Source of the DNA: Candidatus Latescibacterota bacterium
GTDB lineage: Bacteria > Latescibacterota > UBA2968 > UBA8231
NCBI GenBank assembly: GCA_965197905.1
Contig: CBDAOB010000003.1
Span: forward strand, 640,001 to 704,000
DNA length: 64,000 nt
Direction: 5' to 3'
Shown here: piece by piece, positions 1 to 11,954 of the stretch
How the letters are laid out: each line of letters opens with the position of its first letter
How positions within the stretch are numbered: the stretch's first letter is position 1
Made by a program: the position numbers and the translations under genes
The notes under the pieces: generated by a model
What the model saw: only the letters and a program-made list of their open reading frames with translations
Told to the model about the DNA's origin: nothing
Databases searched by the model: none

Positions 1-276
1 GAGCCGAGATCGCCTCACCAGGGCGGGCGACCAGGGTAGCCCCATCTTGCGTTCCGCCTTGCGATCGAGGGTTCCGCTCCGCAGGCGATCCAGATAGTCG
101 GTCGTGTGCACCAATGCCAGATCATGCCAGGATGCCTCGGATACCGCGGTCGAATTCGCACCGTTGATCAACCCCTGTGCCGTGAGGATCTCGAACAAGG
201 CTGGAAACTTCCGCATCGGAAACGGGTGACCGTCGGGGAGTTTCACATAATATCCTTCGCAATAGCTGACTCGCAT
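1..276 (-). CDS. Histone deacetylase family protein (5' part; runs off the window start)
   Basis: Not in the ORF track. Manual translation from ATG 276 gives MRVSYCEGYYVKLPDGHPFPMRKFPALFEIL...DLALVHTTDYLDRLRSG...MGLPWSPALVRRSRL. The HxFPMxKF, LxLVHxxxY and GLPWS motifs fit bacterial HDAC (HDAC11-like). Confidence 0.85.
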   Translation of the reverse strand, partial: MRVSYCEGYYVKLPDGHPFPMRKFPALFEILTAQGLINGANSTAVSEASWHDLALVHTTDYLDRLRSGTLDRKAERKMGLPWSPALVRRSRL

Positions 277-304
277 TCAGCGCGCCTCGTTTAATGTGTT
301 GTCG

Positions 305-445
305 CAGAGATAAGTTGACAAAATTCGGCCGCTCGAGGCGCGCGGTTCGCAAGGCCGCTGAACGAGTCGGACTGGTAGAGTACGGCGAGCGAAGTCAACG
401 CGGCGAACCGCGATGAATCGGCGGCAGTATGTTGACAGATTTCTG
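305..445. repeat. Structured intergenic element with nested inverted repeats (MITE/REP-like)
   Basis: cgcggttcgc (341-350) pairs with gcgaaccgcg (403-412). gcgcgcctcg (280-289) pairs with cgaggcgcgc (334-343). The ends are imperfectly inverted: cagagataagttgaca versus tgttgacagatttctg. Confidence 0.35.
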
Positions 446-455
446 TCACAGCACA

Positions 456-1358
456 TTAGGTGCCGGAACCCAATACAGACCGGAGTGCCGAATCCAAGCG
501 CGCGTGGGCGAAGGAAAATCCTGTCTCTGATAAACGTTGAGGGACGGCGCGAGTACTGGACAGGAGGAGCTCATTCGCCATCGCCCCCAGAACGAGGCGC
601 AAGACCCATGCAGGAGCGGGCAGAATAGCCGGTCGCCGCAGTGTCGTGCCCAAACATCGAGTAAACTCGGCATTGGTGACCGGGTGGGGAGCAACGAGAT
701 TCACCGGACCCTGCAGGCTTTCGTCCTCGATGATGTGGCGTATCGCTGCCACCGCATCAGACAGCTCGATCCAGCTCAGGTACTGAGTGCCGCTACCCAG
801 CCGTCCGCCGAGCCCCAGCCTGAAGGCGGGAAGCATACGTGACAGGGCACCCCCAGCTGGACCGAGCACCATTCCGAATCGAAGAGACGCGACTCGCATC
901 CCATACGCAGCGGCGGCGTTCGCCGCTCTTTCCCACTCCTGGCTGAGCGCCGCAAGAAAGTCGTCTCCCGCCGGACTTTCTTCGGTCACTATCTGATCGC
1001 CGCAGTCGCCGTAGAAACCTACCGCCGATGCGTTGATCAGAACCGCCGGTGGATGCGACATCTCGCGAAACGCGTCGCATAAGGTTGTTGTGCTAAGCAC
1101 CCTGCTTTGCCGCAGACGATCGCGCCGTTTTGCGGTCCAGCGACCCGAAGCCACGTTTTCACCTGCCAGGTTAACCACCGCATCCAACTCGAACGGGTCC
1201 AGAGCGGGCAAGACGCCTGCCGCGGGATCCCACTTCATAGACGAGCTCTCCACAGCTTCCTGGCGCGTTAGGGTCTTGACCTCGTGGCCGTCCTGAGCCA
1301 GCGAAACCTTCAAGGCGGTTCCGATGAATCCGCTGGAACCGGCAACCAGTATCTTCAT
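456..1358 (-). CDS. TIGR01777 family NAD-dependent epimerase/oxidoreductase (YfcH-like)
   Basis: True start is MKILVAGSSGFIG at ATG 1358, with an ATGA overlap with the upstream gene. Motifs AVVNLAGENV, LRFGMVL, GGRLGSGTQYLSWI and GPVNLVAP. Confidence 0.92.
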   Translation of the reverse strand: MKILVAGSSGFIGTALKVSLAQDGHEVKTLTRQEAVESSSMKWDPAAGVLPALDPFELDAVVNLAGENVASGRWTAKRRDRLRQSRVLSTTTLCDAFREMSHPPAVLINASAVGFYGDCGDQIVTEESPAGDDFLAALSQEWERAANAAAAYGMRVASLRFGMVLGPAGGALSRMLPAFRLGLGGRLGSGTQYLSWIELSDAVAAIRHIIEDESLQGPVNLVAPHPVTNAEFTRCLGTTLRRPAILPAPAWVLRLVLGAMANELLLSSTRAVPQRLSETGFSFAHARLDSALRSVLGSGT

Positions 1359-2497
1359 GCCCTGGAACCCGTCTCGATTTTTGGAAGCACCTCCCGCAAG
1401 ATCTCGGCGAACTGGCGGCGCTCCTCCATCGTGCCCACGGTAACCCGAATGCACCGGTCCAGCGGGGCGATTCCAGGCATTCGCACAAACACCCCTTCCT
1501 GCAACAGAGCCGCCTGAAGGCCCCTTGCCCGGACGCCATTGCCGATGTCCAACGCAACGAAGTTCGTCCCCGATGGAAGCGCCGGCAGCCCCAGCTCCGC
1601 GCCCAGAGCGCGGTACTCCTCCCTGCCGCGGCGAACCTCGGAGACCACCCAATCCACGAAACCCTGGTCGCCCAGTGAAGCCAGGGCACCTTCCTGGGCA
1701 ATCCGGTTCACCCCGAACTGGTTGCGAATCTTGTTGAGCGCAGTGACCACCTCTTCGTGGGCAATGGCGTACCCTATGCGCGCACCGGCCATTCCGTGGG
1801 CTTTGGAGAAGGTGCGCAAGCGCACTATCCGCGGATCGTCCGGTTCCAGCTCCCACCGGGATTGGGGCGGGGCGAATTCGCAATAGGCTTCGTCGAGAAT
1901 CATTACGCAACCGGCGGGTAGGCGAGCGATCGCCTGTCTAATTTCGCCCGCCTCGTTCCAGGTCCCCATTGGGTTGTCGGGATTGGCGATATAGACCATA
2001 CGCGCTCCGGCCGAGCCTGCTGCATCAAGCAGGGCTTCAGGATCTTCGCGGTCGTTCTTGTAGGGGACGGCGATCAGCCGGCCGCCGAACCCGTGCACGT
2101 GATAACTGAAGGTGGGGTAGGCACCGTTGGAAGTAACCACCGGCTCACCCGGCGATACGAACAGGCGCACAGCGAGGCCGAGAAGCTCGTCGATTCCGGC
2201 CCCGACCGATATCTGGGAGGGATCAACCCCATGATGCCGGGCAAGCTCGGTCTGTAACGCGAAACACTCTGGATCGCAGTACCAGGCCGAGGTTCCCAAG
2301 GCGCGTGACATCGCCGCGCGCGCCCGGGGTGAAAGGCCAAAGGCGCTTTCGTTTGCTCCCAGACGGACCCTGAACCTGCGGCCCATCTGGCGTTCCAGAG
2401 CCTCTGGTCCGACAAATGGCACCGTGGCCGGTAACGCCGCTATCAGCTCGGTGAATGGAAGATCTCCTGGCAACTGACCTTTCCTGTTTGAATCCAC
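1355..2497 (-). CDS. PLP-dependent class I/II aminotransferase, histidinol-phosphate aminotransferase-like
   Basis: Motifs LGANESAFG, NPDNPMG, DEAYCEF and RTFSKAHGMAGARIGY (PLP lysine). Confidence 0.9.
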   Translation of the reverse strand: MDSNRKGQLPGDLPFTELIAALPATVPFVGPEALERQMGRRFRVRLGANESAFGLSPRARAAMSRALGTSAWYCDPECFALQTELARHHGVDPSQISVGAGIDELLGLAVRLFVSPGEPVVTSNGAYPTFSYHVHGFGGRLIAVPYKNDREDPEALLDAAGSAGARMVYIANPDNPMGTWNEAGEIRQAIARLPAGCVMILDEAYCEFAPPQSRWELEPDDPRIVRLRTFSKAHGMAGARIGYAIAHEEVVTALNKIRNQFGVNRIAQEGALASLGDQGFVDWVVSEVRRGREEYRALGAELGLPALPSGTNFVALDIGNGVRARGLQAALLQEGVFVRMPGIAPLDRCIRVTVGTMEERRQFAEILREVLPKIETGSRA

Positions 2498-2653
2498 GGC
2501 TTCAACCTTCTATCCTAAGGAAAAACCTATGACGTCGACACCGCGATTGTGCCACTGTCTTTCCATGCGCACGAAGCTCACCGCGCTTCCCTTGCTCCGC
2601 GCCAATGCTCTCTGCAGCTACCTCTCACGTCATAACCGCGGGGTTGCCTGAGC

Positions 2654-3343
2654 TTGGCGCCGAGACCTGAAGTGGATCAGGAGCGTCAGGTTTACGGGAT
2701 TCGAGTCCTGAAACCAGGCCATCCATCTCTGCGCAAACTCAAGTCCGCCAATATTCCCACGGCTCAGGGATTCAAGTACTGGAGCGCGACATGGCTTCTC
2801 CTGCACCATCTGAAGTCGGCGCAAATGGCTCCCGGGGCTCAGGTGTTGGACATCGGCTGTGGGTGGGGGTTCGCCGGCATCTACTGCGCCGTCCGCCACA
2901 CCGCGCAGGTAACCGCCGTCGATATCGACCCACGGGTTTTTCCGTACCTCGAGCTCCATGCTCAGCTCAACAGCGTCGCCATCGCGACTGTCGAGGCGGC
3001 GTTCCAGGAGATCGGTGAAAATTTGCTGCTGGGCAAGCAGTGGATGATCGGCGCCGACATCTGTTTCAAGGAAGAGATGATCGAACCGCTGTTGGCACTC
3101 ATCGAAAAGGCCATCGCGGCGGGGGTGCTCGAAATCGTTATTACCGATCCGGGAAGACCGGCGTTTGAGCGCCTAGCCGCCAGATGCAGGGACCAGATGG
3201 GAGCTCGATTCGAGGATCTGGCGAGCACCGAGCCCCTGGTAGACTGGGGCGGAAACCCCCTTCCTCTTCGCGGCCGGCTGCTGGCTATTTCGGCAGAATC
3301 AACAAAAAAGCGCGACGCAAAACAGGTGCGTCGCGCTACGTAG
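2654..3343 (+). CDS. Class I SAM-dependent methyltransferase (protein-lysine MTase/METTL21-like)
   Basis: Motifs GFKYWSATWLL, VLDIGCGWG, GADICF and DPGR. Confidence 0.8.
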   Translation: MAPRPEVDQERQVYGIRVLKPGHPSLRKLKSANIPTAQGFKYWSATWLLLHHLKSAQMAPGAQVLDIGCGWGFAGIYCAVRHTAQVTAVDIDPRVFPYLELHAQLNSVAIATVEAAFQEIGENLLLGKQWMIGADICFKEEMIEPLLALIEKAIAAGVLEIVITDPGRPAFERLAARCRDQMGARFEDLASTEPLVDWGGNPLPLRGRLLAISAESTKKRDAKQVRRAT

Positions 3344-3373
3344 ATCGTGTCTGGGCCGTCCCCGCGGGGTTGA

Positions 3374-3586
3374 CTAGGTCACTGGAACCACGTCTTGGGC
3401 TTGCGGGCCTTTCTGGCCTTGAGCCACCTCAAATTCCACCTGCTGACCTTCATCCAGGGTTCGATACCCTTCGCCGCGGATGCAGCTGTAATGCACAAAC
3501 ACATCCTCGGCGCCTTCGCGGGCAATGAACCCGAATCCCTTTGAATTGTCAAACCACTTTACGGTGCCGGTCTCGCGCTCAGCCAT
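3374..3586 (-). CDS. Cold-shock protein (CspA family)
   Basis: GTVKWF, KGFGFI (RNP1), DVFVH (RNP2) and KGPQA. A purine-rich RBS (gaaagggggt) precedes the ATG. Confidence 0.97.
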   Translation of the reverse strand: MAERETGTVKWFDNSKGFGFIAREGAEDVFVHYSCIRGEGYRTLDEGQQVEFEVAQGQKGPQAQDVVPVT

Positions 3587-4021
3587 GACCGTTGACCCCC
3601 TTTCTGTGCGGGATATAGGTGCTACAGAAGTTCATTACCGCTACAGGTAGGGGACTACTTGAAGCTTCTTAGAACAACTGCCAACTACACCCATTCTGAC
3701 CCATGAAATATAGCTTACAAATTCAAAAAAGCCAGCAATTCGTGAGACCCGAAATTGCCCAATTTAGTGCCTGCCAACCTGAGTTGCTTGCACCATAGAC
3801 TTAGGACTTATGTAGTTGTTTATAAACATGTTATGCGTTTCATCCCGCAGCCGCTATACGAATTTGCATCTGGTTTTTTGGATAAAATTTCCTGTTTTCG
3901 TGAACCTGTGACACGCGGCAATCGGGGCGTTCATGAATTGCCCGCGGGTCGATTGTGGGGTTTCTTTTACCTAGATTCTGGCCGCAAGCGGATACGCCAA
4001 CTTACGAGGGAGGAGCATTGA

Positions 4022-4783
4022 ATGGGCACTAGATGGGACCTGGAGGACCTCAACCGGGCGTTTGCGCGGCAGGGTTTTGTGGTGTTGAGGCAGTTTTTCG
4101 ACGCCGCGAAAGTGGTCGAAATCAACCAGCGTATCGAACTCTACATCGACACGATCCTGCCTGACTTACCGCAGGAGGCGGCGTTCTACGAGGATCTGGG
4201 CGACGCTTCGACCCTCATGAGACTTCAGGGCATGGAAGACCACGACCCCTACTTCGGAGAGTTGTATGAGAATCCGGATATTCTCGCCCTGGCAAAAACG
4301 TTCATGGGCGACGAGGTGGAAGCGCAAACGACCCAATGGTTCACTAAACCGGCTCGCCTTGGCAGCGAAACACCACCGCATCAGGATGGCTTCTACTTTA
4401 AGCTGGTTCCGAATGAGGCGGTGACCCTGTGGCTTGCACTAGATCGCGTCGACGAGGGAAACGGATGCATCCGCTTCCTGCCCGGTTCCAACCTGCGGGG
4501 CATGCGTCCTCACCAGCTCTCGAACGTGATCGGGTTTTCCCAGGGTCTGACCGACTACGGGGAAACCGACCTGGAGGAGGAGGTTCCGGTGACTCTGGAA
4601 CCGGGTGACTTGACTGCCCACCACTGCATGACCGTACATCGGGCTGACGCCAACAAATCCGAGCGCCCCCGTCGAGCCCTTGGATTCGTTTTCTACGCCG
4701 CTGGAGCCAAAAAGGATCTCGAGCTGGCCGAAGAGCAACAAAAGCAGGTCATGGAAACCTGGAAGCGAGAGGGCAAGATCTAG
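4022..4783 (+). CDS. PhyH-family Fe(II)/2-oxoglutarate dioxygenase
   Basis: Motifs PPHQDG, TLWLALD, NGCIRFLPGS, HHCMTVH...R. RBS ggaggag. Confidence 0.92.
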   Translation: MGTRWDLEDLNRAFARQGFVVLRQFFDAAKVVEINQRIELYIDTILPDLPQEAAFYEDLGDASTLMRLQGMEDHDPYFGELYENPDILALAKTFMGDEVEAQTTQWFTKPARLGSETPPHQDGFYFKLVPNEAVTLWLALDRVDEGNGCIRFLPGSNLRGMRPHQLSNVIGFSQGLTDYGETDLEEEVPVTLEPGDLTAHHCMTVHRADANKSERPRRALGFVFYAAGAKKDLELAEEQQKQVMETWKREGKI

Positions 4784-4837
4784 TGTCCTGTCGCGGAGCG
4801 CCGCGTCCGAGTTCGCTGGGGACTCTGAACTTCCTGT

Positions 4838-5659
4838 CTACCCCGCCAGACCGGTGGTGATAAGAAAGCTCTTTAGCTCTTTCTCATAAGGCGCTTGCGA
4901 GTGGTCGAACCAATCGCCATGCCTGCCGGATACCTCGAGGAAAAAACGCGGTCCTTTCGCCGTGTCGAAGAGCCGTCGTCCGTGTGCGAACGGTATCAGG
5001 TCATCCCTAGGCCCGTGGACAACGAGAATCGGACACTGCGTGCCTTGCAGGCTTTCGATGGTGCTGTAACGAAAACGAGCGAGCTTCCGCGCCGGGAACA
5101 TGGGGTAGAGGTCTGCCGCCAGATCGGGAATGGATGTGAAGGTTGCTTCGAGGATGAGCCCTCCAGGATTGAACTTCGACGCGATGTGCGCCGCCATCGG
5201 TCCACCCAGAGACAGCCCGCAAACCAGAATCCTGTCCGCAGGGACATCGGCTTTGGCGATCAGGTGATGCCACGCGGCTTCGGCATCCATGTAGGTTCCG
5301 GCCTCCGATGGACTGCCTCCGCTACGCCCGAATCCGCGATAGTCGAAGACGAAGACATTTAGACCGAGTCGGTTGAAGGACTCGATTCGGTCGATCAGGT
5401 TGGAGACGTTGCCGGCGTTGCCGTGGCAAAAAAGCACGGTTCCGGCCGGGTTTTCATGTGGGACCCACCAGCCGTGGAGATCGGTGCCGTCAGCCGCCGA
5501 CAACTCGATGTCCTCGAACGCCAGTCCAATGCTCTGGGGCGTGCGGCTTAATAGACGGTCCGGGGCGTACACCATGTACCCCTGTAAGACGAATAGTGCC
5601 GCACCAAATATTGTGTACGCCGCGGCGGCCAGCAGAACCAGGTAGGCGATAAACTTCAT
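4838..5659 (-). CDS. Alpha/beta hydrolase (BEM46/ABHD-like) with N-terminal membrane anchor
   Basis: Motifs HGNAG, DYRGFGRS, GLSLGG (nucleophile elbow) and HGxxD. Confidence 0.92.
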   Translation of the reverse strand: MKFIAYLVLLAAAAYTIFGAALFVLQGYMVYAPDRLLSRTPQSIGLAFEDIELSAADGTDLHGWWVPHENPAGTVLFCHGNAGNVSNLIDRIESFNRLGLNVFVFDYRGFGRSGGSPSEAGTYMDAEAAWHHLIAKADVPADRILVCGLSLGGPMAAHIASKFNPGGLILEATFTSIPDLAADLYPMFPARKLARFRYSTIESLQGTQCPILVVHGPRDDLIPFAHGRRLFDTAKGPRFFLEVSGRHGDWFDHSQAPYEKELKSFLITTGLAG

Positions 5660-5847
5660 GGGACGGTATCTCTGCTATACGAGTGAGGTCGGAGGTTGGA
5701 CAAACGACAACCAGGAGACATCGCCTGGATGGCGTTCGAATATAGAAACTAGTTGCTACGGCCGCTTCGCCGGGTTTATTTTCTTGCGGTCTCTCAGCTG
5801 TGGTAAACGCTTTCTGAAAACTCAAACAAACGACAGCAAGGCGTAGA

Positions 5848-8040
<2,193 letters not shown>

Positions 8041-8098
8041 CCGAAGCGAAACCTCGCCTAGATCCCCCACACGCTAGCGTTCCACAACGCGACTGAGA

Positions 8099-8788
8099 TC
8101 ACTTCCGTCGTCGAGTTAGAAACTGCTTCTCCAGCTCATCGGCGCCGCGGATCGTCTGTTTGAACCAGGTCAGTCTCAGCTCCTGCTTCTCCACCTCCGA
8201 AAGCTGCCATTCGACGCCGCTTTCGCGCATCTGCTGTGTCAAGCGGCTGAGGATAAGAGCGGCGCAGACCGAGATATTGAAACTTTCCGTAAAACCGAAC
8301 ATGGGGACGTGGACAGCACCATCGGCCGCTTCCGCAGCTGTCGCCGTGAGACCCACTTCCTCGGTACCGAACAGAACCGCCGTCTTGATCGAAATGTCCA
8401 CGTCGGCGATCGTGGCAGCCTCGGCGTGGGGCGACGCCGCCAACAGGCGATAACCGCGAGTTCGCAGCTCGGCCACACAACGCTCCGTATTGTCCGTTTC
8501 GAGCCGATTGTACTTGTGAAGGGTAAGCCATTTGGAGGCCCCCATGTCGACATCAGGGCTCACCCGATAGACGTTCCGGTCCTCGATGATGTGAACGTCT
8601 TGGAGGCCGAAACAGTCGCAGGACCTGAGCACGGCACTGGCGTTGTGGGGCTGGTATAGGTCCTCGAGGACGATCGTCAGATGGCGCGTCCGCTGCTCCA
8701 GGACCTGGTCGATGCGGGCGCGCCTTTTCGCCGTGACGAACTGGGCGAAATATTCCACCAGAGCCGAAGGTGAGGGGCTCTCATTCAT
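8099..8788 (-). CDS. trmH: SpoU/TrmH family tRNA (guanosine-2'-O)-methyltransferase
   Basis: Motifs [27 protein letters not shown] and [10 protein letters not shown]. Confidence 0.88.
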   Translation of the reverse strand: MNESPSPSALVEYFAQFVTAKRRARIDQVLEQRTRHLTIVLEDLYQPHNASAVLRSCDCFGLQDVHIIEDRNVYRVSPDVDMGASKWLTLHKYNRLETDNTERCVAELRTRGYRLLAASPHAEAATIADVDISIKTAVLFGTEEVGLTATAAEAADGAVHVPMFGFTESFNISVCAALILSRLTQQMRESGVEWQLSEVEKQELRLTWFKQTIRGADELEKQFLTRRRK

Positions 8789-9761
8789 AACCGTCGGGAT
8801 GCCGGCATTGCCAATCCCACGCGCTGCGGAGGATCTCCTCCAGACCGGGGATCCCGGGCGTCCAACCCAGGAGCTCGCGCGCCTTGTCGGCGCAGGCTAC
8901 CAGGGTGGAGGCATCGCCCGGTCGGCGGTCTTCCATGCGATATTCAATCGCGGTGTCCGTAACCCGTCGAGCCGTCTCAATCACCTCCAGCACGGAATAT
9001 CCGCGGCCATTTCCCAGGTTGACGAAATCGGATGCGCCCCCTTTCCGCAGGTACGTCAGGGATCGGAGATGGGCATTTGCCAGATCTGCGATGTGGATGT
9101 AGTCACGCACCGCGGTACCGTCCGGCGTATCGTAGTCCTCGCCGTAGACCGAGAGATGGGGAAGTGTACCTGCGGCCACCTTGAGCACGTTCGGCACCAG
9201 GTGGCTCTCCGGCTCGTGATCTTCCCCGTGATCGGCGGTCGCCCCGGCCGCATTGAAATATCGCAGCGCCACGAAGGACAAGTCGTAGGCGACGCTGTAG
9301 CTGGAGAGAATCCGTTCCATAAAGAGCTTGCTCCAGCCGTACGGATTTTCGGGCGACTGAGGGTGGGTTTCCTCCATCGGGAGCGACTGCGGCTCGCCGT
9401 AGGTGGCACATGTGGAAGAAAAAACCACGTGACGCAAACCGGCCAGCAGCAGTTGATCGAGCAGTGCGATGCCTTGCTGAACGTTGTTGGCAAAGTAGAG
9501 TGCTGGCTCCCGCACCGACTCGGGGACGTAGGCCAGCGCGGCGAAGTGCACACATGAGTCGACCGCATGTTCGCGGGCAATGCGGCCTATCAGCTCGGGA
9601 TCGCCTACCGACCCAACGTAGAGGGGCACGTCGTCGTCGATGGCAGCACGGTGACCGCGGTGCAGATTGTCCACTACCACCACCTCCTCGCCTCGGGCTT
9701 TCAACAGCGCCACGGTGGCGCTGCCGATATATCCACACCCTCCTGTTACCAGCACTGCCAT
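8781..9761 (-). CDS. galE: UDP-glucose 4-epimerase
   Basis: Motifs [35 protein letters not shown] and [10 protein letters not shown]. Confidence 0.95.
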   Translation of the reverse strand: MAVLVTGGCGYIGSATVALLKARGEEVVVVDNLHRGHRAAIDDDVPLYVGSVGDPELIGRIAREHAVDSCVHFAALAYVPESVREPALYFANNVQQGIALLDQLLLAGLRHVVFSSTCATYGEPQSLPMEETHPQSPENPYGWSKLFMERILSSYSVAYDLSFVALRYFNAAGATADHGEDHEPESHLVPNVLKVAAGTLPHLSVYGEDYDTPDGTAVRDYIHIADLANAHLRSLTYLRKGGASDFVNLGNGRGYSVLEVIETARRVTDTAIEYRMEDRRPGDASTLVACADKARELLGWTPGIPGLEEILRSAWDWQCRHPDGYE

Positions 9762-9835
9762 AAGCTCGATCTCGCCTCCTTGTCAAAGCTGCTTGTGGAC
9801 CAAACAAGCACGGCCTTTGAGGGGCGTCAAGCCGA

Positions 9836-9864
9836 TTGACAAACCGCACCGAGCTAGCGATAAT
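9836..9864 (+). promoter_or_regulatory. Sigma70-type promoter
   Basis: TTGACA (9836-41), N17, GATAAT (9859-64), lying upstream of ATG 9924/9957. Confidence 0.65.
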
Positions 9865-9923
9865 TGGGCCCTGCTCAACTCCCCCGACCTATCCTCCTCC
9901 TCACCCGAATTATACTGGTTTAG

Positions 9924-11683
9924 ATGGTTGCAGTCGGCCAAAAAGCCCTGCGCGCCATGCTGCCTCGTGATATTCACAAGGCTATATGGCGGCGCCTCGC
10001 ACTGCGGTTGGAGCACGGCGAGGTGCTCATCACGACGGGCGACTACATGCGCGTTCTCGAATCGGAATATGCCGCGCTTACCGGTGCGCCAGCAACACCG
10101 AATGTCGCGGGCGTCTTGCGACAGGCGATCGAAGTATACAACCACCGACATCCCGAAGCGTACGTGGCCCGCGGCGTGGTCAACTGCGTCAGCAAGGCAT
10201 TCCGCACCGGGGTCCGCCGCCTCGCATGGGACCCGATGAAGGTACAGTCGTCCGGCCCCCCAGCATCGTCCGGTTCAAGCGCCGGGAAAGGGTCAGGTCC
10301 TTCCTGGAAGACGTCCGCGTTCCGACGGACCGCATCGACCCTCGAGAGTGTATTCGCGTCGCGTTGGCGGACACCTCGCCGAGAGCGATTCCCTCCGCAC
10401 GCAATACATCGTCACCCGTCATTCTGAGCGATGATGTGAGGTTGGCCCTGCAGGCCGGCATGCTGGAGCAGGGCGAGATCAACGGTCGCCTGACGACCCA
10501 GCGGCGCCGGCGCGCGGCCCTGCGCGATGCGGAAGAGCGAAAGGTGCCCGGTCGAATCGAGGTTTTGGTCGAGCTTGGCCGCCTCTCCGCCGAGGATGGC
10601 CGAACCATTCAGGAATTGCAGCAGCTTGATCGGGACGTGGGGCCAGACTTGGCAGACGCTGCCCCTACCGGCGGTTTAGAGCTACTGCCCCCAGCCGAGC
10701 AAAGCATACTCAATGCCAAGATCAGGGGAGCCATCGAATACGAGGTGGGATATCTGGACATCTTCACCTCCTTGCAGCGCATCGGCACCGAATATGACGA
10801 AGCGCTCGCCTTTCTCGTCGGTCGGGATACAAACGGTTCATGTGAGGAGATCGCCGCCGAACTTGCGGGGCGCAGCAGGATCATCGACCGCTTGAACATG
10901 CTTGCGGATCGCGTCGACGGTGAGGTCAGCATGCTGGCGGTAGGGTTGCCTCCGTACGACAATCCCGAACTGAACGAGGGCGCCAGTAGCGAGCCAGATG
11001 AAGCCGTGTCCTTCGTCAAGAGTTTCAGGGAATTCGGCCTCGACGAGATCTCCGACCAGTTGTGTTCGGCCAATCGCGATGAACGAGCGCGTCCTGTGGC
11101 GGCGATGAACCGGATCGTGTCCGTCCTCCGCCAGCTCGCGAAACCGACTCCGCTGCGTCTCGAGGTGCGGGCGCTGAAGGTGCGGCAGAAGGTGGACGAC
11201 CTCTTCCGCTCGGGCGACGAGCCCAAGGCATTGCGTCAGGAGGCTCAGAGCATCTTTTCCATGCGTCTGCGGCGGATGTTCCCAGACCTTGCGGCGGAGG
11301 AACAGAGTGCCATCGAATCTCGCGCCGTGGAGCTGATCGACGGCGTCGAAGCAGCCATTGCTGAAGAGAGCCGGATGCGAAGGAGCCGTGCTCTCGAGAC
11401 CGCGGGCGGCTCGCCAGATCCGGAGACCGAAGCGCCGCACGCCGACCAGGGTTCGCTTACGCCCGAGGAGGTGCAGCAGGGAGCACTGATCGGTCGGGTC
11501 GAGACCCGCATCGCTGGCGAAATTCGCGCCATACCTCAGGTGATCATGGTCGATCCGGGCCACCCGGACCACTTTGTGGTCGGCCAGCGAGATGAAAACG
11601 GCAGTCTGATTCCGGCGCTCCGCCACGGATCGCGCAGTAGGGTCCGAAAGGCTCGCGACGGCTCCTGGCGCGTCGTTACGTGA
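9924..11683 (+). CDS. Hypothetical protein (~585 aa), frameshifted at C-run 10256-10261
   Basis: ORF 9924 reads as protein to ...KVQSSGP. ORF 9986 reads as protein only from PSIVRFKRRE on. The junction is a C6 homopolymer and one added C joins the two frames. Confidence 0.65.
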
Positions 11684-11954
11684 GCCAAGAGTTCTCTCCA
11701 CCTGAGATCTCTTCACCACCGCACCACCGGTTCCACGGATATGCGTTGGAGTTGTCGCCTAGGGTGACCTTGTCCTGCCAGAGACGTTAACTTCTTGTTT
11801 TACCTCAACTAAAGTGCCTCGCATGGGAAATGTTCCGCCCCTCCCGGAACTCAACCCAAGCTCTGTCTTTGTCGATATATCCATGTATATTCTATATATT
11901 ACGTGATTCTCGTCACAGTGAAGGTAACCGGAATCCTTATCGTTTAAGGCGAAA

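Noticed and set aside
1359..1910. N-terminal extension of the 484-aa ORF
   Set aside because: It overlaps the aminotransferase in another frame. The recognisable protein starts at ATG 1358.
1..3343. HDAC plus lysine methyltransferase as a chromatin-like modification system
   Set aside because: Both families are common in bacteria, they are on opposite strands with unrelated genes between them, and no histone-like substrate is visible.
3587..4021. cspA-type thermosensor UTR, or ORF 3755-4021
   Set aside because: This is an AT-rich divergent promoter region. I could not support a specific RNA structure, and the ORF lacks coding character.
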